Of a stretch of 64,000 nt of DNA, positions 10,548-20,566 are shown in pieces (positions within the stretch are counted from its first letter, which is position 1; each line of letters starts with the position of its first letter). The notes under the pieces were generated by a model, which worked only from the letters and a program-made list of their open reading frames with translations, did no database searches and was not told the origin of the DNA. This DNA comes from a virus: IMG/VR virus record IMGVR_UViG_3300040856_003274, positions 32,001-96,000 of that record; one strand, written 5' to 3'. A program made the position numbers and the translations under genes.

Positions 10548-11624
10548 ATGAGACACCTGACAGCTCGACAAAGAAAATCAAAACTTAGGCTTCACTTAGA
10601 CACTCACGTTAGTAGGCTTGTGCGGGAGTTTAGAAGTCATCTTGATATGTACATTATGAGCAACAAGGACGCTCTGATTAAGAGTATAGGGGATAACTTC
10701 GACTCTCGTATCTCTCCCATCATTGACTCGATCCCTAGCCATGAGACAGACAGTGATTTTTTTAGAGGCGGTGTTTATGTGTCTCTCTCTTACTTCAACT
10801 CAAGAGATCCTATCCAATCTTACTTTAAAAACGGTTACGGGGTTGAGGAGACTCTTGCTAATCTAATAGAGCAGACCACAGATCGAGGAGATTTTTCTTT
10901 AAGCGATGCTTACGACAAGTGGTTTTACTATTACAGCCCTCTCTTAGCGCGGGCATTAGGTAAGGTTAAGATACAAACTAACCCTTTCCTTGTAGATGCT
11001 TACAAAGGTAAGGCGCTTAACTTCTTCTCTCATAGCGCACTCTCTGCCTTTTCGATTTTAAGCCACCTGCTGAGATTTTTTAAAGCACCTGGACTTGTGG
11101 TAGAGGCGGCTCTTGTTGCGCTCTTCGCACCTAAGAAGAAAGCTGTAGAGAGACACCTTAATATTAAGACTGCTTCTGTAAAGGTAGCCCAGCGATACCT
11201 AATCGCTAAGGCTCTCGAAGATGACGAGAAGCGAGACATCTATAACAGGTGGCATAAGCTCATCAACATGACACAGAAAGAGCTAGAGGATTGGGGGGAC
11301 AACCCTGAGCGCCTAAAAGCCTCTCTCAACAGGCAGAGAGCCAAAGAGGAAGGGGGCATACAGAGCGGTTATGACTCTTTCCGAAGAATAGTGCGTCGTA
11401 AGTCGAAGCCCTTCAAAGATTGGTCGCCACAAGACTTCCAAAACGCTCAACAAGAGATAAACTTTAACACTCGTATGCTTGGGAACAACCCGGGTCAACC
11501 TGTGAACAAAGACATTATGAAATCTAAGTGGGAGATTAGCCTGCTTAACTGGGGGCATGACCCGTCTAAGAAAAGCTCACCCTCATATGGTAAATGGAAG
11601 GCATGGAAAGATGACCTTGAATGA
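10548..11624 (+). CDS. Two-domain protein with C-terminal DUF3140-like domain
   Basis: C-terminal part has LINMTQKELEDW and SLLNWGHDP, recalled as the DUF3140 pattern; separated from the N-domain by KTASVKVAQRY. Confidence 0.6.
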   Translation: MRHLTARQRKSKLRLHLDTHVSRLVREFRSHLDMYIMSNKDALIKSIGDNFDSRISPIIDSIPSHETDSDFFRGGVYVSLSYFNSRDPIQSYFKNGYGVEETLANLIEQTTDRGDFSLSDAYDKWFYYYSPLLARALGKVKIQTNPFLVDAYKGKALNFFSHSALSAFSILSHLLRFFKAPGLVVEAALVALFAPKKKAVERHLNIKTASVKVAQRYLIAKALEDDEKRDIYNRWHKLINMTQKELEDWGDNPERLKASLNRQRAKEEGGIQSGYDSFRRIVRRKSKPFKDWSPQDFQNAQQEINFNTRMLGNNPGQPVNKDIMKSKWEISLLNWGHDPSKKSSPSYGKWKAWKDDLE

Positions 11625-11994
11625 GTATATCGAAAACTTTTACGAGCCCCGTGTAATCTTATCGCACAGCGAGACGGATTTTCCTGTGACTTATAACTTT
11701 CGAGACATCACGTTAGACCTCCTGAAAGATTACGATAAGATTGTCTTTTCGACAAAGCGTATGCGCACGCTGTCTGATGACGCTGTGTGGCAAGCGCAGG
11801 CTCTTCGTAAAGAGATTGAGGGTACACAAATAATAACTGACCGCTACGGACTTGCGCTTGTTTCTTCAAACCCGCAGAAGGTGGTTATGGGTTTCCTTGA
11901 CCTTATCTCCACAAGAGGGGAGTACGTAGATTACTTAAACAGCCTAAAAGCTCCGACCAAAGCTGTAAACGCCCTATTTTTTGATAAACCTTGA
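11611..11994 (+). CDS. Hypothetical protein
   Basis: ORF overlapping the end of the previous gene; start uncertain. Confidence 0.55.
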   Translation: MTLNEYIENFYEPRVILSHSETDFPVTYNFRDITLDLLKDYDKIVFSTKRMRTLSDDAVWQAQALRKEIEGTQIITDRYGLALVSSNPQKVVMGFLDLISTRGEYVDYLNSLKAPTKAVNALFFDKP

Positions 11995-12020
11995 ACCCGC
12001 ATAGCTAGGAGGAAGTAGCT

Positions 12021-12671
12021 TTGATTACCTACAAAAACAAGAATAGACGGTTATTCTCCGCAGATGATAATGAGAATGTGATCCTAATCTCCGCACCTCA
12101 GCAGAGTGGGGGAGGTGAGCCTAAGGCAAGAGAGATTGTGACGGAGGGGACTCACATCTATTTCTTCCAAGACGTGACCACGGAGAGTGTACAAGATTTA
12201 GTGGTGACTCTTAGAAGGATGACCGCGAGCATCTTAGAGTTTACGACGGATTTAGAGCTCCCTGAACCCCCTCCTATCCATCTCCACATCAACACCAACG
12301 GCGGGGACGCTTTCGCTGGTTTTTCAGCATCTTTCTCTATCGCTTCTAACCCGATCCCTGTTTACACCTACGTAGACGGTCAAGTTGCTTCCGCAGGTAC
12401 GTTTATGTCTCTCGCGGGCGCGAAGCGGTTCATGCAACCTCAGTCCTTCATGCTTATCCATCAAGTCTCATCGGGTGTGTGGGGTACTTATGCTGACATT
12501 GTGGACGAGAAGGAGAGCCTTGACCGCATCATGGAGAAGGCTAGAGAGCTCTACAAGAAATACACTAAGATTAGCGATGAGAGGCTCGATGATCTCCTTA
12601 ACGGCAACCTTTGGCTTAACGCAGAAGAGTGCTTAGAGCTGGGCTTCGTTGATGAGGTACAAAAAAGTTAG
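12021..12671 (+). CDS. clpP: ClpP-family serine protease
   Basis: HINTNGG, VASAGT (catalytic Ser), MLIHQ (His), WLNAEECLELGFVDEV; AGGAGG RBS with TTG start. Confidence 0.88.
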   Translation: MITYKNKNRRLFSADDNENVILISAPQQSGGGEPKAREIVTEGTHIYFFQDVTTESVQDLVVTLRRMTASILEFTTDLELPEPPPIHLHINTNGGDAFAGFSASFSIASNPIPVYTYVDGQVASAGTFMSLAGAKRFMQPQSFMLIHQVSSGVWGTYADIVDEKESLDRIMEKARELYKKYTKISDERLDDLLNGNLWLNAEECLELGFVDEVQKS

Positions 12672-12727
12672 TGTAGCTTTTGGGAGAGGTAGTGTATAGG
12701 GGACACTCTTAAGAAAGGAGTCCCAAT

Positions 12728-13321
12728 ATGCTACCGCCTATCGAGGCTATCAAAAACTTTGTCTTAATGACTCAACTCTTGTCTTCAAGCTGGGGTGTAC
12801 CTCCTCAGCAGATTGATGACGCACAATGTTACCTCTTTGAGCTAAGCCATGCTATCGCTCATTACTCTGAGGACAAAAACCAACAACTCATGTATTTGAC
12901 TATTGCGGCTCAGGAGTCAAAGTTTAGCTTTGACCACCCAAACGACGAGCCCTCAGTTAACCCGAAGTCAGGTGCTTGTGGCCCTTATCAAATCGTCCCG
13001 AAGTGGGCTGTACCTAAAGATTTACCTGCTGATTGCAACGAGCTTCACGACCCTTATGACGGCACTTGGAGACTCCGAGAGGCGCTCTCAGCCATAGCAA
13101 AGATGGTGAAGCCTAAGAATGTGATGTGCTATTATGCTACAGGTGACCTTGAGTGTACCCATGAGAAGACTCCTTACTCACGCGTACACTCAAGACTAAA
13201 GGAGAAAATACGCAGAGAACGTGCTAAGATAGATAAATACGGCAAGTACGCTTTAAAGATCGTAAGACTCACGCTTCAAAACAAGTGTTCGCGTGGGCAA
13301 AATTCAGAGCCACTCAGGTAA
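12728..13321 (+). CDS. SLT/lysozyme-like lytic transglycosylase
   Basis: IAAQESKF (catalytic Glu) and SGACGPYQI motifs. Confidence 0.7.
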   Translation: MLPPIEAIKNFVLMTQLLSSSWGVPPQQIDDAQCYLFELSHAIAHYSEDKNQQLMYLTIAAQESKFSFDHPNDEPSVNPKSGACGPYQIVPKWAVPKDLPADCNELHDPYDGTWRLREALSAIAKMVKPKNVMCYYATGDLECTHEKTPYSRVHSRLKEKIRRERAKIDKYGKYALKIVRLTLQNKCSRGQNSEPLR

Positions 13322-14143
13322 TATCTGAGCCTCTAAATCTAAAGCGTAAAGCAAGTCAGCAGTGCGCTTCCCATAGCCTTTATTTAAGACTTTCTTAGGG
13401 TCGTTGACAAAATCATGTGACCCTAGCTTCGACGTGTACTTGTCAAAGCTCCAAATGTTCGTCTGAGTCTTAATGTCTAAAGGTACAAAGTTAAAGTCCT
13501 TACAGACGACTTTCCGCTCTCCTTTAGAGAAGCCTTCAAGTAGCGGATTGAGCTTCCTTGTCATCTTGATGTCCATGTTGCGGTTAATGTCATCAGGCCA
13601 CAGCTTCCAGTCTGCTTTATCAAGAAGAGCTCTACTCACACATCTACCTAGACCTAAAGTTACACCGTAGTTGGAGTGACCTTTAGGGTAATAGAAGTGG
13701 ATCATCTTCTTTGTAGAGGACTCAAAGAAGTAAATGTCTTGTATACCAATGTACGGGTATCCTTGAAATAGGAACCTAGCGTAGAGAGCGATCAGATCAA
13801 CAGGGAGCAAGTCATCGGTGTCTACAAACAGCACCGCGTCTATCTCTACTTGCCAATCTCTAATCTTTTCGAGCGCCTGATTACGTTTAGCAGACACGGG
13901 AGTATTAGGGCGCTCCATATAGTTGTAGTTGTGCCTCGATGCCAAGGAACGACTGTACTCACCTTCAGACCCAACCGCGAAGAGATAGAGCCCTATATTT
14001 TTCTTTAAGAGCTCTTTTTGAACATGGTTAAACCACTTAAATGTAAAGTCCGTCAGCACTTGCCTGCGCCACATCGTGGTAAGTATTGCGATGTTGGTTT
14101 TTTGAGGCGCAGGGTTCTGTTCGGCGTGAGTATATTCAATCAT
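13304..14143 (-). CDS. GT-A (family 2-like) glycosyltransferase
   Basis: AILTTMWRR, SAKRNQAL, LFVDTDD (DxD-type). Confidence 0.7.
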   Translation of the reverse strand: MIEYTHAEQNPAPQKTNIAILTTMWRRQVLTDFTFKWFNHVQKELLKKNIGLYLFAVGSEGEYSRSLASRHNYNYMERPNTPVSAKRNQALEKIRDWQVEIDAVLFVDTDDLLPVDLIALYARFLFQGYPYIGIQDIYFFESSTKKMIHFYYPKGHSNYGVTLGLGRCVSRALLDKADWKLWPDDINRNMDIKMTRKLNPLLEGFSKGERKVVCKDFNFVPLDIKTQTNIWSFDKYTSKLGSHDFVNDPKKVLNKGYGKRTADLLYALDLEAQILPEWL

Positions 14144-14226
14144 GTCTTCGCCTTTATAAAAAATTGGGTGGTTTCTGAGATTTAAAGTGTAGATAGGTTG
14201 ACCCTATCACAATATGGAGAAAAGAA

Positions 14227-14610
14227 ATGGGTAACAACTTCCTCACCATCCAAAGACCTGTCGAGATCACAGAAGAGAGGTTTGAAGACCTTCTTTGCAA
14301 CGCTCTCGAAGGCGGAGTCTCTTACTGGGCTGACATCGACACGTCGATCCACCCTCCTCAAGAAGGCGATGAGAACATCGAGTTTCCTCACCTCGCGTTC
14401 ACTCATCCTAAGTACGTCATTCATGTCGTTGACCGTGAAGATGATGGGAACACCTTTAGGTTGAAGCTCGAAGACCTTAAGAAGGGTTTTGAGATTTGGG
14501 CTAAAGACTGTCCTTATCACTTTGAGAATTTTCTCAAAGAGGAAGATGACGCGATCACCGCAGATACTTTCTTCCAATGTTGTGTTTTTGGAGAGGTCAT
14601 TTACGGGTAG
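14227..14610 (+). CDS. Hypothetical phage protein
   Basis: GGAG RBS; ALEGGVSYWA and DAITADTFFQCCVFGEVIYG resemble a common small phage family. Confidence 0.7.
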   Translation: MGNNFLTIQRPVEITEERFEDLLCNALEGGVSYWADIDTSIHPPQEGDENIEFPHLAFTHPKYVIHVVDREDDGNTFRLKLEDLKKGFEIWAKDCPYHFENFLKEEDDAITADTFFQCCVFGEVIYG

Positions 14611-16168
14611 TCTTAGTCCTCTTAGTCCTCTTAGTGGACTTGGTACGCTTTGTCCTCTTAGTGGACTTGGTACGCTTTGTCCTCTTAGTGGACTTGGTAG
14701 CCTTAGTCCTCTTAGTGGACTTGGTGGACTTGGTAGTCTTAGTCCTCTTGGTGGACTTGGTAGTCTTAGTCCTCTTGGTCGCTTTTGGCGAGCCCCCTGC
14801 GCTCTGCAAGGCTTTTGTCAGAAAGACCTCAGGATCAAACCTAAGCTCAGTTTTCTGTTGAGTAAGTAAATCCTCTAGGTTGTCTTCTACAGCGCCCTCA
14901 GAGAGGAAACGCAAGAGCACCTGAGGGTTGATATAAGAAGAGTAAGTAGTCTTGACGCTCCTATGGCTCAAGTCTTGTTGTGATTTAGCATACGCTCTCT
15001 GTACCGCTTCCAAAACAGCAGTTGTGATCTCTTGCTTCATCTTCTTCTTAGCGAGCGCCTTAAAAGAGCCTACTTTGACATAGAGGTCAGCCTGCTCCTC
15101 TTTAAGGCTTTCCAAGATAGATCGAGTCGCCTTGAGCTTACGGAAGTCGGTCATCCTCAACCTACGGAGTTTCTTCTTTAAATAGGTGTTGACGATGGAC
15201 TGAGTGAGTACCTTTCCGTCATCAAAGACGAAGATAAACTTGCTACCTGCATCGCTACCCCTCTTTGTGCTCACTCTCCCTACCATGTCTTTTAAGACTT
15301 TGACGATCTGAGCGTCTCTCAGCTCAGCGACGTTGACTGTTGTCCTCTTCCCCACAAACTTGAGTTGGGCGACGTTAGCCCTCACAAACTTAATGTGTTT
15401 GGGCATAAGGGTGATCGCACCAAAAGTCTCCTCATACTCATCAGTGTCTGACTTGTAAACTTGGTTACCATGCTCACCTGGGCGGATACCAGTCTCCATA
15501 AGAATTGACACAACAAGCGCCTTAATCTTAAGAGAGCTGTCTGCGCTCCTAAGGTCTTTCAAGACGCTCTTTCTAATCTTAGCGTAGTTAGCTACCAGCT
15601 CCTTCTGCACCTCGATCTTCTCGCCTAAGTTTTCAAACTTCTCCCTAAAGCGATTGTAGAGCTTCGTGATCTTACCCGATCTGTCCGTCTCAACAACAAG
15701 ACTATCAGGAAGAAACTCAAAAAACTCTTCGCCTAGCTTCGCTTTGATATTGCGTGCGCTCTTCTCATTCTCCATGTCCCTATAGTTATTCTTCATGGAC
15801 GGAGCGATGCGCTGGAGCTCATCGTCTATGCTGAGCTCCCTAAAGTGGACGTTCCTGATCACATACGCGCACGCGCTTGTGCGACTAGACGCGCCCTTGT
15901 AGCCCTCACCGATATATCTCTTAGCGAAGTTGAGGAAATCTCTCTGCGTCACAAGATGCTTAGTGAAGATACGCTCTGCTTGACTAGGGGTCTTACCGAT
16001 TTTTTTCGCCGCTTGTAAGGTTTTCTTAGCGACAGGCTTGTACTTGTTAGAGAGCGTCTTCAGCGCCCTTAGCATAGCCTGATGGTGTCTCTCCCGCGCT
16101 TTCTCGTCGCGAGTATACATACGGCTATATTCTGTCTCTTCTCTAGCTAGTAAGTCCATCATTTGCAC
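14597..16168 (-). CDS. DNA topoisomerase IB with Lys/Thr/Arg-rich C-terminal tail
   Basis: Catalytic pentad visible: ETGIRPG (R), FVGK (K), DFRK (R), LSH (H), SSYINP (Y); also TFGAITL. Confidence 0.88.
   Translation of the reverse strand: MQMMDLLAREETEYSRMYTRDEKARERHHQAMLRALKTLSNKYKPVAKKTLQAAKKIGKTPSQAERIFTKHLVTQRDFLNFAKRYIGEGYKGASSRTSACAYVIRNVHFRELSIDDELQRIAPSMKNNYRDMENEKSARNIKAKLGEEFFEFLPDSLVVETDRSGKITKLYNRFREKFENLGEKIEVQKELVANYAKIRKSVLKDLRSADSSLKIKALVVSILMETGIRPGEHGNQVYKSDTDEYEETFGAITLMPKHIKFVRANVAQLKFVGKRTTVNVAELRDAQIVKVLKDMVGRVSTKRGSDAGSKFIFVFDDGKVLTQSIVNTYLKKKLRRLRMTDFRKLKATRSILESLKEEQADLYVKVGSFKALAKKKMKQEITTAVLEAVQRAYAKSQQDLSHRSVKTTYSSYINPQVLLRFLSEGAVEDNLEDLLTQQKTELRFDPEVFLTKALQSAGGSPKATKRTKTTKSTKRTKTTKSTKSTKRTKATKSTKRTKRTKSTKRTKRTKSTKRTKRTKTTRK
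14608..14780 (-). repeat. Coding 9-bp-unit tandem repeat (TKR/TKS/TKT)
   Basis: CTTAGTCCT/CTTAGTGGA/CTTGGTACG-type units on the + strand. Confidence 0.9.
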
Positions 16169-16203
16169 TCTCCTTTTGATGAGAGCACATTAGAGAGAGA
16201 TTA

Positions 16204-17418
16204 TTAAAACAAGCTCCCTTGTATGCCCCCTCCTGCTCTCATCTCGCCCCTGACCTCACTAAAGCGTGGTAAGTAGAAGTCGAGGCGGGGCTTCCACCCC
16301 ATATTGTCCTTGATGTATTGAGGCTCAGTCACTTCTTGCTTAGAGAAAGTCCCCCAAAAACGACATATGCTCATATAACGAACACCTCTGTTAACGTTAA
16401 GAACATAGCCGTTGTCATTTGCCTGCTTCAACACCCACCCTAAGAAATAGTACGGTAGCGTGTCTTGGTAAGGTTTAAACTCTAAGTGGTCTGCATCAAA
16501 ACCGTATCTGTTCCTAATGCTTATTCGGTTACGGAAGAGGGGGGCGTTGAGATATTCACCTCCAAAAGTCAGGAAGAATACACCCTTTTTGCGGAGGCGC
16601 TTCCATATAAGCTGGAGGAGGTCATACGAGTTAGAGAAAGGGTCGAGGTCTATGAAGTCATAAGTGCGCTTTGTGCTCTTAATAAACTCTATGTTGTCTC
16701 CCAAATGCCAAACCGCGCTAGGGCATCTCTGCTTACCTTCGTTATAAAACTCTTCCTTGATCTCTACTACGTCGATGTGAGCTTTAGGGAACGCTTGCCT
16801 GACAATCTCAGCAGAGTGTCCTAATCCTCCATAAGCATCTAAAGCAGACCGTATCTTAATGGGAGTGTCTTTTAGCTCCAGCTCGTTTACAAACCACTTA
16901 TGGTCTGTGGAGACTTGATTTCTCTTCTTGCCATGCCCTCGGTTGATCATCCTCTCCGAGACAAAAGTCAGCTCACAGTTTAGAGCGATAGAGATTTTCC
17001 ACAGAGGTAAGCCTGCTTCGTAGAGCTCATCGGCGCAGTCTTTGTTCCAGTTTTCTTTACTGTCGATACGGGCGCACTTAGTGTTTTTGAAAGTGTCCCC
17101 TCTAACCTTACAGATTGCGCTGATCGCCATTTGTAGGTCTTTAGGGTTACGGTTGTATTTACACACAAGGTCGAAAGAAGACATGCCTGCCTTCCAATCC
17201 GCGTAAGCGCCCTCTCGCTCAGTATTCGTCCACCGTTTTCTTGTCGGCGCGACCTTGAGCAGGTGCTCTTTCCCTGAGTACGGAATTCTATACTTATCGA
17301 GTATCTGTAAGACCAAAACTCGGCTCTCCTCTAAGATTAGGGCGTTTGAGACATCGCTTAAAAGCATAATAAACCAAGACCTGTAGCCTGTATAGCCTTT
17401 TAGAGAGGATGCTACCAT
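16204..17418 (-). CDS. SAM-dependent methyltransferase-like protein with N-terminal helical region
   Basis: LDAYGGLG motif I, VVEIKE, YDFIDLDPF (Trm1-like/DNA-MTase-like); start uncertain. Confidence 0.65.
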   Translation of the reverse strand: MVASSLKGYTGYRSWFIMLLSDVSNALILEESRVLVLQILDKYRIPYSGKEHLLKVAPTRKRWTNTEREGAYADWKAGMSSFDLVCKYNRNPKDLQMAISAICKVRGDTFKNTKCARIDSKENWNKDCADELYEAGLPLWKISIALNCELTFVSERMINRGHGKKRNQVSTDHKWFVNELELKDTPIKIRSALDAYGGLGHSAEIVRQAFPKAHIDVVEIKEEFYNEGKQRCPSAVWHLGDNIEFIKSTKRTYDFIDLDPFSNSYDLLQLIWKRLRKKGVFFLTFGGEYLNAPLFRNRISIRNRYGFDADHLEFKPYQDTLPYYFLGWVLKQANDNGYVLNVNRGVRYMSICRFWGTFSKQEVTEPQYIKDNMGWKPRLDFYLPRFSEVRGEMRAGGGIQGSLF

Positions 17419-17638
17419 GAAGAGAATAACTCTAATACTCCTAATCTCGTTAGGCGCTTGCGACGAGAGCGCCCAGCTTGAAGAACCTAAGACACTCTGC
17501 GAACAAGTGTCTGATAAACTCTACGAGTGTATCGGAGGCAGAGTACCTATTACCTACTGCTCACAAGAAACTGCGGATTATATACTCAACGCACCCTGTG
17601 AGGATGTGCTTGAGTTTATTAGAGGCTCTCAGCGGTAA
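17417..17638 (+). CDS. Small Cys-rich lipoprotein
   Basis: MKR plus hydrophobic stretch plus LGAC lipobox; four further Cys; GAGGA RBS. Confidence 0.7.
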   Translation: MKRITLILLISLGACDESAQLEEPKTLCEQVSDKLYECIGGRVPITYCSQETADYILNAPCEDVLEFIRGSQR

Positions 17639-20115
17639 TACCAAATATTAGGCTTAGCAGAAGTACCCCACATAGCTTTTAAGCCCTCAGAGGAAGCCAC
17701 CTTACGTCTCAGGTGAATATGAGGCTCTATTTTGCGCCAAAATGCTGTGCTCTTGAGAAGATACTCTATCTTGTGCTGTGGAGCATTTATATCGAACGCA
17801 TAGAGCTTTACATCAGCCTTACCTGGAGCGCCGTGATAGATCACATTGCCGTATTCAGCATAGTAAACAATGACCCCTACCATAAGAGGTGAGGTAATCG
17901 CCCAATTCCCGTAATCGTTAACATTGACTTTCCAAACGTTAGGCTTAGGGGGAGTACCCCATTTGAGCTCAATCTTTTTCTTATTTGGTGACGCTATGCT
18001 AGCAACCTTAGGGATAGTGAGATTAATCTTCCCTGACTGGATAGCAGGCTTAATGACATTCTTCCAAAGTGCAGGATGCGCCATTAGCTCTACGCTAAGC
18101 TTAAGACTATGCTTATCTAAGAGTTTGAGCGTAACTACTTCCCCGCCTCTCTCCATATACTCTAGCTTAGAGTAAGAGCCTTGCTTAAACGTGAGGAAGA
18201 TGCTCCCAACCATCGCAGGTGAGTGTACCACGTAGCCCTCTTCACCTCTACCCGTAAACTGTAGGAGCTTGTTCTCTACCACCTTCCACATATTAGGTTT
18301 AGGAGGGTCGCCCCATTGGAGCTTAATGTCTGTCGGAGGCGCAAGCCAGTCATTCGCGATCTTCATGGATTTCCACCCGCCAGTCATTTTTTCAGGATGC
18401 CTTTTCTTAAACAGTTTTACTAACTCCCAACCCTTAGGGCTCAAATAAAAATCAACGGCGCTCTGAAAGTCATCCTTAGTCCTGTGTCTTGAGAGGACTT
18501 CTCTCCCATAGCGGCTCTGATAACTGAGCTCCCAAGCACCTTGCCACCTGCCGATGCTAAACACGCTCTTATCAAACGCTGAAGAGATGATTAAACCAAT
18601 AGGTTGGCCTGCCTTTTCAGGGTTAGGGCTGTAGACTATCTTAGTCTTCCACATGTTAGGTTTAGGAGGATCGCCCCACTGAACCGTATAACTTCCGCTG
18701 TCAGAAGCTACTTTGGTATTAAACGCTTCTATCGAGAAGTTGCCTAGGGCGCTCTTTATCTGAGCCCAACCCTTTTCGCTCAAGAAGAAGTCTAGCGCCT
18801 CTTCAAAGTTAACACGCTCGCTCAGAAAACTATGTAAATCTTCATATGGGTCGCCGTCGTCTCCTTCAAAAATGATGTACCACCGACCACGAAACTTAGA
18901 CAAAGTAATAGATGTGTGGGGGAGGAGAACAGGAGAAGTTACCACTGCTTGCCCGTCATTCTCGCTAATCTTAATTACAGACACCTTCCACAGGTTAGGC
19001 TTAGGAGGGTCACCCCACATAGCTTTTAAGCCGTTAGAGGAAGCCACCTTGGTTTTAAAGATACCACCCTTCTTTCGCATAAAATCTTTAATCCAACTCC
19101 AGCCCTCTTGACTTAAGAAACGATCTCTCGCCCTCTCAAAAGTGTTAGCTTCAAACTCTATAATATGGTGCTCTTCGTTGTAAGGATTAAAAGATACCTC
19201 CCATGTACCCTCCGCTAGCTCCGTGAGCGTAATGTTCGACATATTTCCGCCGTAAAGATTAGGGCAAGTGACCTCCATCCACTCCCTCTCCCGATAAGCA
19301 CTATCACGATAAGTACCCGTTTTGACTTTCCACATGTTAGGTTTAGGCGGGTCACCCCACATAACTTTTAAGCCACTAGAGGAAGCTACCCTTGTTTTGA
19401 AGACCTGCTTTCCACCTCTCGATGACCTTATCGCTAACCAACGACCTATCATGTCCCAACCCTTTTCGCTTAAGAAAATAGATAACGCTTTCTCAAAGTC
19501 AGGAGCCGAAAACGTACCTATCCTTTCATAAACGTCGTCCATGCTAGGGGAATACTCTATCGACCACTTATCTAATCCTTCGAGCCACCGTAAATAAAAA
19601 GAAGTGTCTTCCCCCTCAAGGAGAGGCGACTCAACAACCGCTTGCCCTCCCCCAAGATCAGATCTGTCTACCCAAACCTTCCACGCATTAGGCTTAGGCG
19701 GATTACCCCAACGAGGCTTAAGATTAGGCGCAATATCCATAGATGCCACCTTCGAGCCCCCATGCGTTAACTTGATCCTCCCGTCAAAAATCTTAGGCTC
19801 GACGTAGGCTTTATAAAACTCATGGGACGTGATCTCGCTAAGAGGCATATTAGGATGGTTTCTAGGCTCTAAAGAGATCACGTCTGAGTAGTAATCCTCA
19901 ACGTATCCGCTACAAGCAGAGGCTCGCACCTTAGGGTCATGTACGATCCTAATGTAACCCTTTATCAAAGGGGAGCTCACTCGAAGCGTCTCGCTAATAA
20001 CAATGTGTCCAGGAGGCTTTAATTCTTGCTCCACTTTCCAAATGTTAGGCTTAGGGGGATCTCCCCATTGAAACTTAATGTCGTGTCTCGGCTTGAGCTT
20101 AGTATCATCCATCAT
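17629..20115 (-). CDS. WGDPPKPN-repeat protein (7 units plus terminal stub)
   Basis: Eight motifs; the last (WGTSAKPNIWYYR) is followed by stop; GAGGAG RBS before ATG 20115. Confidence 0.88.
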   Translation of the reverse strand: MMDDTKLKPRHDIKFQWGDPPKPNIWKVEQELKPPGHIVISETLRVSSPLIKGYIRIVHDPKVRASACSGYVEDYYSDVISLEPRNHPNMPLSEITSHEFYKAYVEPKIFDGRIKLTHGGSKVASMDIAPNLKPRWGNPPKPNAWKVWVDRSDLGGGQAVVESPLLEGEDTSFYLRWLEGLDKWSIEYSPSMDDVYERIGTFSAPDFEKALSIFLSEKGWDMIGRWLAIRSSRGGKQVFKTRVASSSGLKVMWGDPPKPNMWKVKTGTYRDSAYREREWMEVTCPNLYGGNMSNITLTELAEGTWEVSFNPYNEEHHIIEFEANTFERARDRFLSQEGWSWIKDFMRKKGGIFKTKVASSNGLKAMWGDPPKPNLWKVSVIKISENDGQAVVTSPVLLPHTSITLSKFRGRWYIIFEGDDGDPYEDLHSFLSERVNFEEALDFFLSEKGWAQIKSALGNFSIEAFNTKVASDSGSYTVQWGDPPKPNMWKTKIVYSPNPEKAGQPIGLIISSAFDKSVFSIGRWQGAWELSYQSRYGREVLSRHRTKDDFQSAVDFYLSPKGWELVKLFKKRHPEKMTGGWKSMKIANDWLAPPTDIKLQWGDPPKPNMWKVVENKLLQFTGRGEEGYVVHSPAMVGSIFLTFKQGSYSKLEYMERGGEVVTLKLLDKHSLKLSVELMAHPALWKNVIKPAIQSGKINLTIPKVASIASPNKKKIELKWGTPPKPNVWKVNVNDYGNWAITSPLMVGVIVYYAEYGNVIYHGAPGKADVKLYAFDINAPQHKIEYLLKSTAFWRKIEPHIHLRRKVASSEGLKAMWGTSAKPNIWYYR

Positions 20116-20482
20116 TAGACTCCTCTTTAGGTTCAGTAGGTTCTTTAGGTTCAGTAGGTATAACACCTGACACTATTAAGACTTTCTTCTTTAACACCTT
20201 CACTAAAAAAGCATTAAGCGCCCCCGCAGAAGCCCCTAACCACAAGTCAAGTACGTCATAGCTCAATGACCAACCCACAAAACCCCCCACAAACACAGCG
20301 GCTAATCTAATCACTGCGTCAGCCTTCTCATTACATGTCCTGAAGATAAAAGGCTTCACTGCCTGAGTCACCGCAAAACTCAACACCGAGGCTATACACA
20401 CTAAGTATACATGCCCCATGTGCGGCTCAACTGGCGCTGCCGATATGCCTGCTAATAACATCTCATTCCCCTTTCTTAACAT
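20105..20482 (-). CDS. Small multi-TM membrane protein (holin-like)
   Basis: 2-3 hydrophobic segments and a charged C-terminal tail with EPK repeats. Confidence 0.45.
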   Translation of the reverse strand: MLRKGNEMLLAGISAAPVEPHMGHVYLVCIASVLSFAVTQAVKPFIFRTCNEKADAVIRLAAVFVGGFVGWSLSYDVLDLWLGASAGALNAFLVKVLKKKVLIVSGVIPTEPKEPTEPKEESNDG

Positions 20483-20566
20483 TAAGGTCGTCTTTAACCC
20501 TTATATAGATATAACACTATTAGAGACACCTACCCCCAACACCACGCTAAGAAAAGACCCTCCCAC

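Noticed and set aside
14489-14869. Low-complexity ORFs opposite coding repeats (also 27466, 27522, 41803, 41838, 41890)
   Set aside because: Shadow frames of the TK, PEPK and DS repeats in real genes.
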